A stretch of DNA of 64,000 bases from a virus. Numbering within the stretch: the first letter of the stretch is position 1; every line of letters starts with the position of its first letter. Below the pieces are notes generated by a model, which saw nothing but the letters and a program-made list of their open reading frames with translations, searched no databases and had not been told where the DNA came from. A program made the position numbers and the translations under genes. This document shows, one piece after another, positions 45,686 through 54,617 of the stretch. The stretch is from positions 64,001-128,000 of IMG/VR virus record IMGVR_UViG_3300044614_002195. The stretch is one strand, 5' to 3'.

Positions 45686-45877
45686 ATGACAATACAACAA
45701 ATTACAGATAACGTACAACGCAGAATTAACTCTCTAAACAAGCTGTTTAGTGCTCAGGAGATTACAGTATCAGAATACGTCGAGATTACGCACGGCGTTC
45801 TTGATTATTGGACGAGCATTGTACGCGAAAGGAATCACGAGCTAACAAAATATTATGCAGCACAAGATAGCCTATAA
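45686..45877 (+). CDS. Hypothetical protein
   Basis: Packed ORF. Confidence 0.5.
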   Translation: MTIQQITDNVQRRINSLNKLFSAQEITVSEYVEITHGVLDYWTSIVRERNHELTKYYAAQDSL

Positions 45878-46064
45878 GCACTACTCTTATGAGTGTGGAG
45901 ATGGTTGTTGCGTTGAGAATGGCTATGATTGGTATGTAGACGGAGAGTTTATTCTTCGTTCTGCATGCGAAGATAGCGGCTGGATGGCAGTAATACGGAA
46001 ATTGGGAATTGACGCCAAGCTGGTAGGATTAGATGAAAACGATGAAGAAATCTGGGAATTATGA
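45855..46064 (+). CDS. Hypothetical protein (YECGDGCC motif)
   Basis: Cys motif; packed ORF. Confidence 0.55.
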   Translation: MQHKIAYKHYSYECGDGCCVENGYDWYVDGEFILRSACEDSGWMAVIRKLGIDAKLVGLDENDEEIWEL

Positions 46065-46261
46065 GTGACATCAACTGGAGACTTATTAGTGAAGACCAAA
46101 GCCTGTTTGAAAAGAAAAACAGGAATCGAGAAATCTTGATTGAGACATCTGATAATCATAGTATGCATTTTAGTAAGGCTAGCTACGTTCAATCCTATCC
46201 ATATCCATACATGGATCGCAGCATTCAACAGCCTGTAGCTCGATACGCTTTTATTGATTAA
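46061..46261 (+). CDS. Hypothetical protein
   Basis: ATGA overlap. Confidence 0.5.
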   Translation: MSDINWRLISEDQSLFEKKNRNREILIETSDNHSMHFSKASYVQSYPYPYMDRSIQQPVARYAFID

Positions 46262-46526
46262 TATGATTAAAGATGGCTGGATAAAGATTCGTTACGAGCA
46301 CAGACTCGCAGAAGATCTAGGTACTTTAAGAAAAGGGATAACACTACACAGTCTATCAACTCATGATAAACTGCCACACTACTCAGCTTGGAATGGGGTT
46401 AGTTTCATCACCATCCCTTCAGAGAAAGTTAGAGTGTATCAAGTAACAACCAAACACACAGTAGAAGAAACACTTGTAAACCATGACATACGAAAATCTA
46501 ATAAAAAAATATCCGTTACTGTTTGA
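46254..46526 (+). CDS. Hypothetical protein
   Basis: Packed ORF; start may be 46263. Confidence 0.5.
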   Translation: MINMIKDGWIKIRYEHRLAEDLGTLRKGITLHSLSTHDKLPHYSAWNGVSFITIPSEKVRVYQVTTKHTVEETLVNHDIRKSNKKISVTV

Positions 46527-47058
46527 AAACTCCCAAGATTCAAATACACCCTTTGCTCACTTTGGGTTTGAGTGCAATGACGGCTGGTACAACATCATTG
46601 ATGGTTTGTGTAAATCTCTGTATAGAAACTACAGAATCACAAATCAAAGGCTAGAATTTGTAGAGTCAAGTCTGAAGGATCTGGATAGATACATTCAGTA
46701 CAGAAAAGATCTCACAAAAGAGCAGGCGCTTCAGAATCTTGAAAAAGAAAAAAGCGAGCTATTAGTTGAGCTGGAAGAAGCTAAGCGAGGCGTACCTATA
46801 GTCTCACAGATCAAAGAAAAGTTCGGCACTCTAAGATTCTATGTAGATTTTAGAGAAGGCGTTTCAGCCTGCAGCACAAGCAGAGTATATGCTCTTGTAG
46901 ATTTTGCAGAGCACATGACCGAGCTGACCTGTGAAGTGTGCGGAAACAAAGGAGAAACATACGAAATGGGCTGGCATAAAACACTATGCCCAACACATGC
47001 AATGAACAAGTACGGAATAGAAAAAGTAGCAGAATATCACAAAGCAAAAAACGAATAA
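46483..47058 (+). CDS. Phage protein of the ECxDGW...QIKEKFGxLRFY family with a C-terminal Zn-ribbon-like motif
   Basis: FECNDGWYNII, QIKEKFGTLRFY, TCEVCG...TLCPTH. Confidence 0.65.
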   Translation: MTYENLIKKYPLLFENSQDSNTPFAHFGFECNDGWYNIIDGLCKSLYRNYRITNQRLEFVESSLKDLDRYIQYRKDLTKEQALQNLEKEKSELLVELEEAKRGVPIVSQIKEKFGTLRFYVDFREGVSACSTSRVYALVDFAEHMTELTCEVCGNKGETYEMGWHKTLCPTHAMNKYGIEKVAEYHKAKNE

Positions 47059-47063
47059 CTATT

Positions 47064-47420
47064 ATGAAATATCACATCAGAAAAACAGAATCAGCCAGGG
47101 TCGCATATGCAAACAAGCCAATTGAATTAGATCCTGAAGAGTTCAAGAATCTAGAAAACAATCCCTATACAGGAAGCGAGCCTCACGAGTTCCTAGAGTA
47201 TATCTATAGCCTTCGCTGGGATGTAGAGGCAGGTGATTTTCCAGAAGACCTGGATTTTGAGACACAGCAAAAGCTTGAAGAGCTATTTCAAGGCGAAATG
47301 AAAGAGATCTACAACTCTGCATCAGATGTAGATGAAAGTTTCCTAGAATTAGGTGAGCCTGACGAGAAATACAGAAAGACCGGGGGGTTTGACGTTCACG
47401 TTCGCACCGAGAAAAACTAA
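47064..47420 (+). CDS. Acidic hypothetical protein
   Basis: ATG 47064 follows the previous stop. Confidence 0.55.
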   Translation: MKYHIRKTESARVAYANKPIELDPEEFKNLENNPYTGSEPHEFLEYIYSLRWDVEAGDFPEDLDFETQQKLEELFQGEMKEIYNSASDVDESFLELGEPDEKYRKTGGFDVHVRTEKN

Positions 47421-47421
47421 T

Positions 47422-47622
47422 ATGATATCCACAGGCTTTCCAGGAGATAGTGATCCTAGAGACGAAGAACCAGAAGCTGACATTTGTGAGTTCTGCAATG
47501 AATTCATGGAGTGGGAGGATGATGCTGAGTATGATCCTGAGGCAGGGAGAGTAGTGTATGCAGGAGGAAGCTTCTGCTGCAACAACAAGCAATGCTCAGG
47601 CAAAAACAATAAACTAAATTAA
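47422..47622 (+). CDS. Small Zn-ribbon-like protein
   Basis: CEFC...CCNNKQC. Confidence 0.5.
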   Translation: MISTGFPGDSDPRDEEPEADICEFCNEFMEWEDDAEYDPEAGRVVYAGGSFCCNNKQCSGKNNKLN

Positions 47623-47623
47623 A

Positions 47624-47815
47624 ATGGCTATACTAAGTAAAAATGGTGTGCTTCCAGAAATGGAATTTAAGTGCACTGACTGTGGAGATATCACTACTGG
47701 TTTGGATATTGCTAACGGAACCTATCTGTACATTATCCAAAGAAACAAAGAAAACCCTGAAAAATCGCTCTGGCGGTGTGAGTGCTGCCAGGACGACCAA
47801 GACGACAGAGACTAA
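47624..47815 (+). CDS. Small Zn-ribbon-like protein
   Basis: CTDC...CECC. Confidence 0.55.
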   Translation: MAILSKNGVLPEMEFKCTDCGDITTGLDIANGTYLYIIQRNKENPEKSLWRCECCQDDQDDRD

Positions 47816-47819
47816 ACTT

Positions 47820-48293
47820 ATGCCAAATTGGTGCGAAAACTATGCGAAAGTAAGTCATCCAGACAAAGGAAAGATCAATAAACTTCTAGAAGCCTGCAGA
47901 GAAGAGAGAATGTTTGAGCACATTCTTCCTTTCTCTAAAGGTGAATGGAGCCACGACGAGGCAGTAGATTTGTGGGGCACAAAGTGGGAAACCGCCGACG
48001 CCAAAAATTCTATAAACATGGTAGACGATAATACTTTTACAGTAATGTTTTCTACCGCCTGGTCTCCTCCTCTAGGAGTGTACGCCGAAATGTCAGATCA
48101 AGGCTTCTATGTAGAGGCGCATTATCTGGAGCTAGGTAACCTTGTGGCAGGATCATACAAAAATGGCTTGAGTATAGACTATGAGCTGTTTGACTCTGAT
48201 CTTGCGGAAGTTAAAGAACAACTACCTGAAGAATATCTAAAAATATTCGGTGGAGCGATTGAAGACTTCATTGAATCACCATCAGAATTATAA
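47820..48293 (+). CDS. DUF1281/YubB ferredoxin-like domain protein
   Basis: Begins MPNWCEN; contains WGTKW and FSTAWSPP. Confidence 0.75.
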   Translation: MPNWCENYAKVSHPDKGKINKLLEACREERMFEHILPFSKGEWSHDEAVDLWGTKWETADAKNSINMVDDNTFTVMFSTAWSPPLGVYAEMSDQGFYVEAHYLELGNLVAGSYKNGLSIDYELFDSDLAEVKEQLPEEYLKIFGGAIEDFIESPSEL

Positions 48294-48295
48294 TT

Positions 48296-48481
48296 ATGTT
48301 GTGCGACGAAATTGAGCAAAAGCTGCGAAAGCAACTCGCAGATATAAAAGTGTGGGCTACTCATTTGATAGAGAATAGTCGACCACCAGCAAACCCTGCA
48401 GGAGAGTCTAGCTACTATTGCGCTAAGGCTTTTCTGACAGAAGAGTTGAAAAAAATTGTAACAGAAGAAACACATAAATGA
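48296..48481 (+). CDS. Hypothetical protein
   Basis: Packed ORF. Confidence 0.5.
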   Translation: MLCDEIEQKLRKQLADIKVWATHLIENSRPPANPAGESSYYCAKAFLTEELKKIVTEETHK

Positions 48482-49368
48482 TTAAACGAGGCGTTTGCTG
48501 TATTGTGCTGGCTCTAGAGCCTTTGAAGTTCAGAACTATCACATACAAAAGCTTCAGCTCTCTACCAAGGGAGCTGGGGCTGGCAAAGCTAGGCGAAATC
48601 ATCGAGCACAACCTCGATGTTACCGCGCGAGCTATAGCTTATTGTGGAGAGCATAATCTAAACTACAGATTGAGCTCCAGCCTGTTTCCGCTTATTACAT
48701 ATGATAAGGCGGAGGTAAAGATGAGGGATTTGCCTAATTTTTTCCAGATATTGGCAAAAATTCAATACGTCAAAGATACTAGAGAAAAGTTCCCTGATGC
48801 GAGGCTGAGCATACATCCTGATCAGTTCAATGTTCTAGCCAGCGAAAATCAAGACGCTGTAATTAGAACAATCAGAGAGCTAGATTTCTATTCAGACTTT
48901 ATGAACGATATTGGCTGCTATGATATCATTATGAATCCTATCAATATTCATATGAATGCTAACGGAGACTGGGATAAGATTGCAGACAAGTTTGTAGAAA
49001 ACTATTCTAGATTGAAACTGCATACCAGAATGCGTCTTGTGTTGGAGAATGACGACAAGGTTTCAGGCTGGAGTGTTAAGAAACTAGATCAGTATATGAA
49101 GCCTAGAGGAGGTTTTCCTATCACCTTCGACTATCTGCATCATAAGTGCCACCCTGATGGGCTCTCTGAAGAAGAGGCATTTAACATTGCCTACGAATCG
49201 TGGGGACCAATAATTAGACCATTGTTTCACTATAGTGAATCAGCTCCAGATCAAAACAACCCTCGTAAACACGCAGACTATGCTACAAGGTTGCCAGATA
49301 CGTATGGTAAGTCTATAGACCTAGACTTCGAGTTTAAGCTGAAAGAAAAGTCATTTGAGAATCTATGA
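48478..49368 (+). CDS. uvsE: UV-damage endonuclease (UvsE/UvdE)
   Basis: YRLSSSLFP, RLSIHPDQF, NIHM, LVLENDDK, FDYLHH, FHYSES and KHAD motifs. Confidence 0.9.
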   Translation: MIKRGVCCIVLALEPLKFRTITYKSFSSLPRELGLAKLGEIIEHNLDVTARAIAYCGEHNLNYRLSSSLFPLITYDKAEVKMRDLPNFFQILAKIQYVKDTREKFPDARLSIHPDQFNVLASENQDAVIRTIRELDFYSDFMNDIGCYDIIMNPINIHMNANGDWDKIADKFVENYSRLKLHTRMRLVLENDDKVSGWSVKKLDQYMKPRGGFPITFDYLHHKCHPDGLSEEEAFNIAYESWGPIIRPLFHYSESAPDQNNPRKHADYATRLPDTYGKSIDLDFEFKLKEKSFENL

Positions 49369-49547
49369 AAATATCAGAACTAATTGAAGAGTTAGAAGTT
49401 CTTAAAGTTGAACATGGAGACCTTATTGTAATTGCAGTAGATGAAGAAGGCAAATACGAAATCGGTAATACTCATGTAAGTGATTATGAGGTATACAACG
49501 GTAAAGGAGCATACGATACGCAACTAGCCATAAGACTTTGTCCATAA
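49365..49547 (+). CDS. Hypothetical protein
   Basis: MKISELIEELEVLKVEHGDL, a common small phage protein start. Confidence 0.55.
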   Translation: MKISELIEELEVLKVEHGDLIVIAVDEEGKYEIGNTHVSDYEVYNGKGAYDTQLAIRLCP

Positions 49548-49558
49548 AGTTTATTAAT

Positions 49559-49873
49559 ATGAAAATTCTAGATACAGAAGAACAGTATAAGCCTAGAACA
49601 GATTTTGCCGCTATGGCGACATACGATATAACTCTAGGTGAGCGAGTATTGACCAAGCTAGAGCTATTCTCAAAAGAGAAAAACATTCAATTAGACAAAG
49701 AAGAGTGTAAAGCCTTACTAGAAGCTCTAAATGGTGGAGGTTGGCTGATACGTAAGTACCTAAACCGAGACGAATATCAACCGTACAGCGTAATGTCAGG
49801 GTCGCTAGATGGCAGCTCGTCCGAATGTGAGTTGTCTGTATTCGATAGCGACGCAATAGCAGAAATAAAATAA
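49559..49873 (+). CDS. Hypothetical protein
   Basis: Packed ORF. Confidence 0.5.
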   Translation: MKILDTEEQYKPRTDFAAMATYDITLGERVLTKLELFSKEKNIQLDKEECKALLEALNGGGWLIRKYLNRDEYQPYSVMSGSLDGSSSECELSVFDSDAIAEIK

Positions 49874-49877
49874 AACT

Positions 49878-50108
49878 ATGAAACTATACAGACTAGAAGT
49901 AAGTGCGACAGTGCTAGTATTAGCCAACTCTGCGTCAGATGCAGAGAAGCAGGCAATCAGTGGAGTATCAGATAAGAATGTAAATGCGCATGCATATGCG
50001 TACGAGATTAAAGCGTTAGAGGACTTGCCATACAACATGGACAGATATTCTACACCTTTAAACTCAGACAAGACGGTAAAGGATATATTGCAGCTAGCCA
50101 TGAAGTAA
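49878..50108 (+). CDS. Hypothetical protein
   Basis: Packed ORF. Confidence 0.55.
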   Translation: MKLYRLEVSATVLVLANSASDAEKQAISGVSDKNVNAHAYAYEIKALEDLPYNMDRYSTPLNSDKTVKDILQLAMK

Positions 50109-50109
50109 T

Positions 50110-50328
50110 ATGCCTGCTGAAAAGTTGGAAAGCATTCCAGAAGAAGGCCTGGAGATACTAAAAAGTCTAACCACATTTTTAGACGACCAGGAGCAAGTCA
50201 AAGTAGAGTTGGCACACATAACCAAAGTGTACAGTGCTCCAGAGATACGAAACATGTATTTGAGTGGAAATTATAACGCAGAGCTGCTAGTGCAGCACTG
50301 TCTACTACATCTGGACGAAAGAAATTAA
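50110..50328 (+). CDS. Hypothetical protein sharing its C-terminal module with ORF 45051
   Basis: EIRNMYLSGNYNAELLVQHCLL. Confidence 0.55.
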   Translation: MPAEKLESIPEEGLEILKSLTTFLDDQEQVKVELAHITKVYSAPEIRNMYLSGNYNAELLVQHCLLHLDERN

Positions 50329-50329
50329 C

Positions 50330-52387
50330 ATGGAACTCAAAAAACTAATACTTAAAAACTTCAGGAGTCACAAAAATCTGACTCTTGATTTTAATTCTGG
50401 AGTAACCGGTATTGTTGGCGGCAACGGTACCGGCAAGTCGAGTATTGTCGAAGCTATAATCTTCCTCCTTACGGGGGAGGGTTATGGTAAGACTAAGGCA
50501 GATATGCTTACTGTAGGACAGGTCTCTGGTCATGTGGTTGGGCATATGCTGATAGACGGCAAGGAAGCCATCCTGGAGCGGCACACGGATACCGCAAAGG
50601 TAAACCTTAAATACGATGGCAAGGTTTACAAGAAGAGCAGTGAAGTAAACGAGCTATGGGACCAACTGTTCCAGATCGACAAGCATCTGGTGCAGAATGT
50701 AATTGTCTCAAATCAGGGAGAGATAGCATTACTGTTCAACGGAGACAACAGCACTAAAGAGAAACTCTTCCAGAAGATCTTCATGGTACCTAACACAACC
50801 AAGCTTAGAGATACGGTTTGGAATGGTTATATAAAGACTGCCCCTCCAGAGTACCCTGTAAAGAACTTGGATGAGCTTAAAAACGACCAGCAGCTTCTAG
50901 AGCAGATTATTCTGATGACATCAGAGCAGCTGGCTACGCTGGATGCTCCTAAGCTACAGATTGATTACAACAGGCTTACCTCCCGTAAGACTGAGCTAGA
51001 GAAAGTCATCAGCGACGAGCGGGTATCGTCAGGGCTTAGCGACAAGCTTACTAGTCTTCTAGGTGAGCTGGCAGATATCTCAAGCAAGGTAGTACGTATA
51101 GAAAATAACCTGAGTAACATCAACTATGATGAAATTATAGGGGCTATTGCTGAGATGGACGCAGTAGAGCGCCAGGTAGCCCAGAAGACCAGACTGAGCG
51201 CAGAATTAGCGCAGCTTAAGCAGCCTGCAGTTAATGTTACAAAAGACGAGCTCGATAATCTATCTGCAGACATTGCCCAACAGGAAGGCAAACTTAAGGA
51301 GAAAAGAGATACGCTTGCAGGATTAAACGACAAGCTAAAATCCTACGAGCAGAAGGGTCTGTCTTCTGAGACTACCACATGTCCCACATGCGGCTCAGAG
51401 CTGAAGGATACTGCTCAGGTTATAGCACATATTCAAGCAGAAGTGGATATGGTTATTTTTGAGGGAATTAAACTCAAAGATAAACTGACCGCCCTGCAGA
51501 AGGATAAAGAAATTAAGCAAGAAGAGTACAAACTGGTTGAGGAGTATCAAAAAGCTAGAGATACACTTGATCTTAAGCTAGATGCTATAGGCGAGCTTGA
51601 TTATAATCCAGAAGATCATGGTTTATATAAAATAATAGCAGAGAAATACAAGAACGATAAGTCCACGGTATCAGCGCTAAAGATCACAGAGAGTCAAAAA
51701 CTACAGGATGTTAACAGCGTAAGGTTGGCTATTGCCGCCCAGCGTGTATATGATGGAGCACATCCTGTAGGAGCAGAGGCTGAGCTTAGTGAGGTTGACA
51801 CAAACCTGGCATCTGTATCCCGAGGTATACAAGCAGCCAAACAGCTAGAGATAGACCTGGCTGTAAAGACACAAGAGCTTAAAACTCGCCTAGAAGATAT
51901 TAGGGAAAATCAGGAGTATATTGAAAAGAATAAAAAGCGTGAAGAGTATACAAGTACCCTAGACGCTATTTATGACATTTTCCATCCTTCCAAATTTCCA
52001 AGAGCCTTGATCCAAACCTACAGTTCTACTGTAACTGAGTATATGAATGAGGTATTGGCTTCATTTGATTTCCCATACACAGCCAAAGTAAACGAAACTT
52101 TCGGAATTGATATATTCAACGAAGAAGGTTTACAGCTGCCTGCTGTATCAGGCGGTCAGCAGGTTATGGTCGGCTTTAGCTTACGTCTAGCGCTACATAA
52201 CATGTTCGTAGGAGCATTCCCGTTCATGATTGTGGACGAGGGCAGCTATGGACTGAACGCAGAAAACAGCAAGAAATACTTCGAGATTATTCGAAGCCTG
52301 AACAAAACAAGCAAGTTCAAACAGGTGATCGTCATCGACCATCACCCTGAGTTGAGCGATTACGTAGACAACACTATTAACTTATGA
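50330..52387 (+). CDS. sbcC: SbcC/Rad50-like SMC ATPase
   Basis: Walker A GGNGTGKS, Q-loop SNQGE, Zn hook CPTC, signature SGGQ, Walker B IVDEG, H-loop IDH. Confidence 0.9.
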   Translation: MELKKLILKNFRSHKNLTLDFNSGVTGIVGGNGTGKSSIVEAIIFLLTGEGYGKTKADMLTVGQVSGHVVGHMLIDGKEAILERHTDTAKVNLKYDGKVYKKSSEVNELWDQLFQIDKHLVQNVIVSNQGEIALLFNGDNSTKEKLFQKIFMVPNTTKLRDTVWNGYIKTAPPEYPVKNLDELKNDQQLLEQIILMTSEQLATLDAPKLQIDYNRLTSRKTELEKVISDERVSSGLSDKLTSLLGELADISSKVVRIENNLSNINYDEIIGAIAEMDAVERQVAQKTRLSAELAQLKQPAVNVTKDELDNLSADIAQQEGKLKEKRDTLAGLNDKLKSYEQKGLSSETTTCPTCGSELKDTAQVIAHIQAEVDMVIFEGIKLKDKLTALQKDKEIKQEEYKLVEEYQKARDTLDLKLDAIGELDYNPEDHGLYKIIAEKYKNDKSTVSALKITESQKLQDVNSVRLAIAAQRVYDGAHPVGAEAELSEVDTNLASVSRGIQAAKQLEIDLAVKTQELKTRLEDIRENQEYIEKNKKREEYTSTLDAIYDIFHPSKFPRALIQTYSSTVTEYMNEVLASFDFPYTAKVNETFGIDIFNEEGLQLPAVSGGQQVMVGFSLRLALHNMFVGAFPFMIVDEGSYGLNAENSKKYFEIIRSLNKTSKFKQVIVIDHHPELSDYVDNTINL

Positions 52388-52482
52388 GTACGAGAACACA
52401 AACAAGAACAAGAAGCGTCACCAGAGGAAACGTAACGATTCGTAAAACAGTAACAATCAGTAGAACAGTAAAGCGTAAATAA
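52384..52482 (+). CDS. 32-aa Arg/Thr-rich micro-protein, absent from the ORF track
   Basis: MSTRTQTRTRSVTRGNVTIRKTVTISRTVKRK; ATGA overlap upstream, TAATG overlap downstream. Confidence 0.55.
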   Translation: MSTRTQTRTRSVTRGNVTIRKTVTISRTVKRK

Positions 52483-52703
52483 TGAGTGATACTAAAAGAC
52501 CCTGGACAATAACTATGGATAAAACCAGAATGACTGAGCCACCGCCGCTAGGTCCTGGTTTCTCTATAGATGAGGCTGAAATTGCAGACTCGATGAGTAT
52601 AACGTTTTCAGCCTTTAATGATCCTGGTGACGATTACACTATCTTCAATTTACACGCTAAAGATGGCTCAGTTGTAGCAACAAGAAAAATTAACGGATAT
52701 TAA
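52482..52703 (+). CDS. Hypothetical protein
   Basis: Packed ORF. Confidence 0.55.
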   Translation: MSDTKRPWTITMDKTRMTEPPPLGPGFSIDEAEIADSMSITFSAFNDPGDDYTIFNLHAKDGSVVATRKINGY

Positions 52704-52705
52704 GC

Positions 52706-52861
52706 ATGAAACATATAACTGACGAGATTGACAAAGCAATAGCTGAATTGCTAGTCTCTACCAAAAATAACGCAAAGCAGATAGCGAAAAAGACGCTGCT
52801 TAAAGTACTAGCGGATTCTCCGCCAAAAAGCAGTAAAAAGAAAAAGCACAAGCTTATCTAG
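52706..52861 (+). CDS. 51-aa basic protein, absent from the ORF track
   Basis: MKHITDEIDKAIAELL...SSKKKKHKLI; fills the gap. Confidence 0.5.
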   Translation: MKHITDEIDKAIAELLVSTKNNAKQIAKKTLLKVLADSPPKSSKKKKHKLI

Positions 52862-52865
52862 TAGC

Positions 52866-54323
52866 ATGAACATAAAGATCGTTCGATTTGATGGCGGGCT
52901 AAAAATAAACCCATGTCCTGCATACGTTTCAAAGTTTCTCAAGTATCATCATAGAGAAATGAAGAGTATTGGGTACCAGCGGCAATGCGTGTTTGTTGAA
53001 AAATTACTATACGCTACAGATCAGGACGGCTCTATATATACGCTACCAGGTTTTTATCACAGCCTGGTAGCGTTAATAGGTAAGCAGATGGATACTGTAG
53101 AGACGGAAGATCTCAGGACACCCATGCCTGACCCTGATTGGGCTAGCGTTAAAAAGATAAAGCTTAGAGACTACCAAAAAGAACCCACCTTAGATCTGAT
53201 ATTCAAAGGAATGGAAGACAGTGGGGTAATTAATGCTACTGGGGGGTTTGGGAAGACACACATCCAAGCTATCACTTACGCAGCGTGGAATGGTCTGAAT
53301 ACAATTCTAGCCATACCTCTAAAGCAGGTGGTCCTGCAGACGTATGAAAAGTTTAAGCAATTTTTCCCTGATAAACATATAGGTATAGTTGGCGACGGTA
53401 AACATGATATAAGTAATGATATTACTATAACTACGTTTAGGTCTTTACCCAGCTGCGCACTAGAGAAATGTCAATTGCTTCTAGTTGATGAAATGCAGTC
53501 TGCAGGTCAAGAGACTTTTCAAAACGCGCTAAAACAAATGAAGCCTTACAGGGTGTTCGGCTTTTCAGCTACCACGGAAGGTATATTCAACAACACAGAC
53601 AAGCTGTTAAAGGGCCTGTTTGGTGATGACCTGATATACTTCCCATACGAGGACGCTGAGGAGGCCGGCGCGGTTGTGCCTGGTATGGTGTACATGGTCA
53701 ACATGCCTGAAGACTTATTTATTGAAAATTATAATAATTTTGAAAGCAAGTTAAAGTACGGAATTAAAAGGTGTGATAAGCGCAACGAGATCATAGGACG
53801 AGTATGCTCCTTGATTCCAAAAGAGTGGCAGACTATTGTATTTATTGATCATGTTAAAGATCATCTGATTCCTATGTACAAGTATATGCCTAAAGAGACA
53901 AAATACCTGCATAGGGAGACCAGCAAGAAAAACGTAGGCGCGTTTGCACTGACGCCGAAGCAGCAAAATAAAACAATCGAAGAATTCAGTAATAACGAGT
54001 TTCAAACATTGATAGCTAGCGATGCGTTTAGAGCAGGTGTAGATATTCCTAACTGTCGTGTAGTCATTCAGGCTAGCGGCGGAAGCAGTAAAGTAGAAGT
54101 ATTGCAGGAAGCTTACAGGGGAAGCCGAATACTTACGAAAGAACAGCGTGATAAATTTGGTCTTTCAGAAAAAACGCATTTTGTGCTTGTAGATTTTATG
54201 GACAACCATGATCCTACACTAGAGGCAATGGCGAAAAAGCGGAAAAAGTATTATGAAGAGCAAGGATGGACAATCACTACAGTTGATCGCCCCGAAGACA
54301 TAACATGGAATAGACAAAAATAA
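52866..54323 (+). CDS. SF2 DNA helicase (UvsW/XPB-like)
   Basis: Q motif LRDYQ, motif I TGGFGKT, motif II LVDEMQ, motif III SAT, motif V GVDIP, motif VI QEAYRGSR. Confidence 0.85.
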   Translation: MNIKIVRFDGGLKINPCPAYVSKFLKYHHREMKSIGYQRQCVFVEKLLYATDQDGSIYTLPGFYHSLVALIGKQMDTVETEDLRTPMPDPDWASVKKIKLRDYQKEPTLDLIFKGMEDSGVINATGGFGKTHIQAITYAAWNGLNTILAIPLKQVVLQTYEKFKQFFPDKHIGIVGDGKHDISNDITITTFRSLPSCALEKCQLLLVDEMQSAGQETFQNALKQMKPYRVFGFSATTEGIFNNTDKLLKGLFGDDLIYFPYEDAEEAGAVVPGMVYMVNMPEDLFIENYNNFESKLKYGIKRCDKRNEIIGRVCSLIPKEWQTIVFIDHVKDHLIPMYKYMPKETKYLHRETSKKNVGAFALTPKQQNKTIEEFSNNEFQTLIASDAFRAGVDIPNCRVVIQASGGSSKVEVLQEAYRGSRILTKEQRDKFGLSEKTHFVLVDFMDNHDPTLEAMAKKRKKYYEEQGWTITTVDRPEDITWNRQK

Positions 54324-54344
54324 CGTATGAATGGAGTATGAGAT

Positions 54345-54617
54345 ATGACATACGAAGAAAAAAATAAACTACAGCGTGAAAAAGACATAGAGCGCGTAAA
54401 GGAAGCGCTTATTGTACTGCAGGCTTATTGGCTAGAAAGACCATATCTTAGGCTAGGTCAGCTAGTTATGAACGCCTTTCATGTTCTGCCGGAATACACT
54501 AAAAATCCTGAACCTGAAACTGCTGATGTGTTCTATTTACCGGACAATAGGCTGCTGGAAGGTTTATCCAAACTAGTAGAACAAGAACGTGAATCAAAGA
54601 GTAAAAGAACTACTTAA
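54345..54617 (+). CDS. Hypothetical protein
   Basis: RIxxxL...WxxxPYLRLGQL pattern seen in small phage proteins. Confidence 0.55.
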   Translation: MTYEEKNKLQREKDIERVKEALIVLQAYWLERPYLRLGQLVMNAFHVLPEYTKNPEPETADVFYLPDNRLLEGLSKLVEQERESKSKRTT

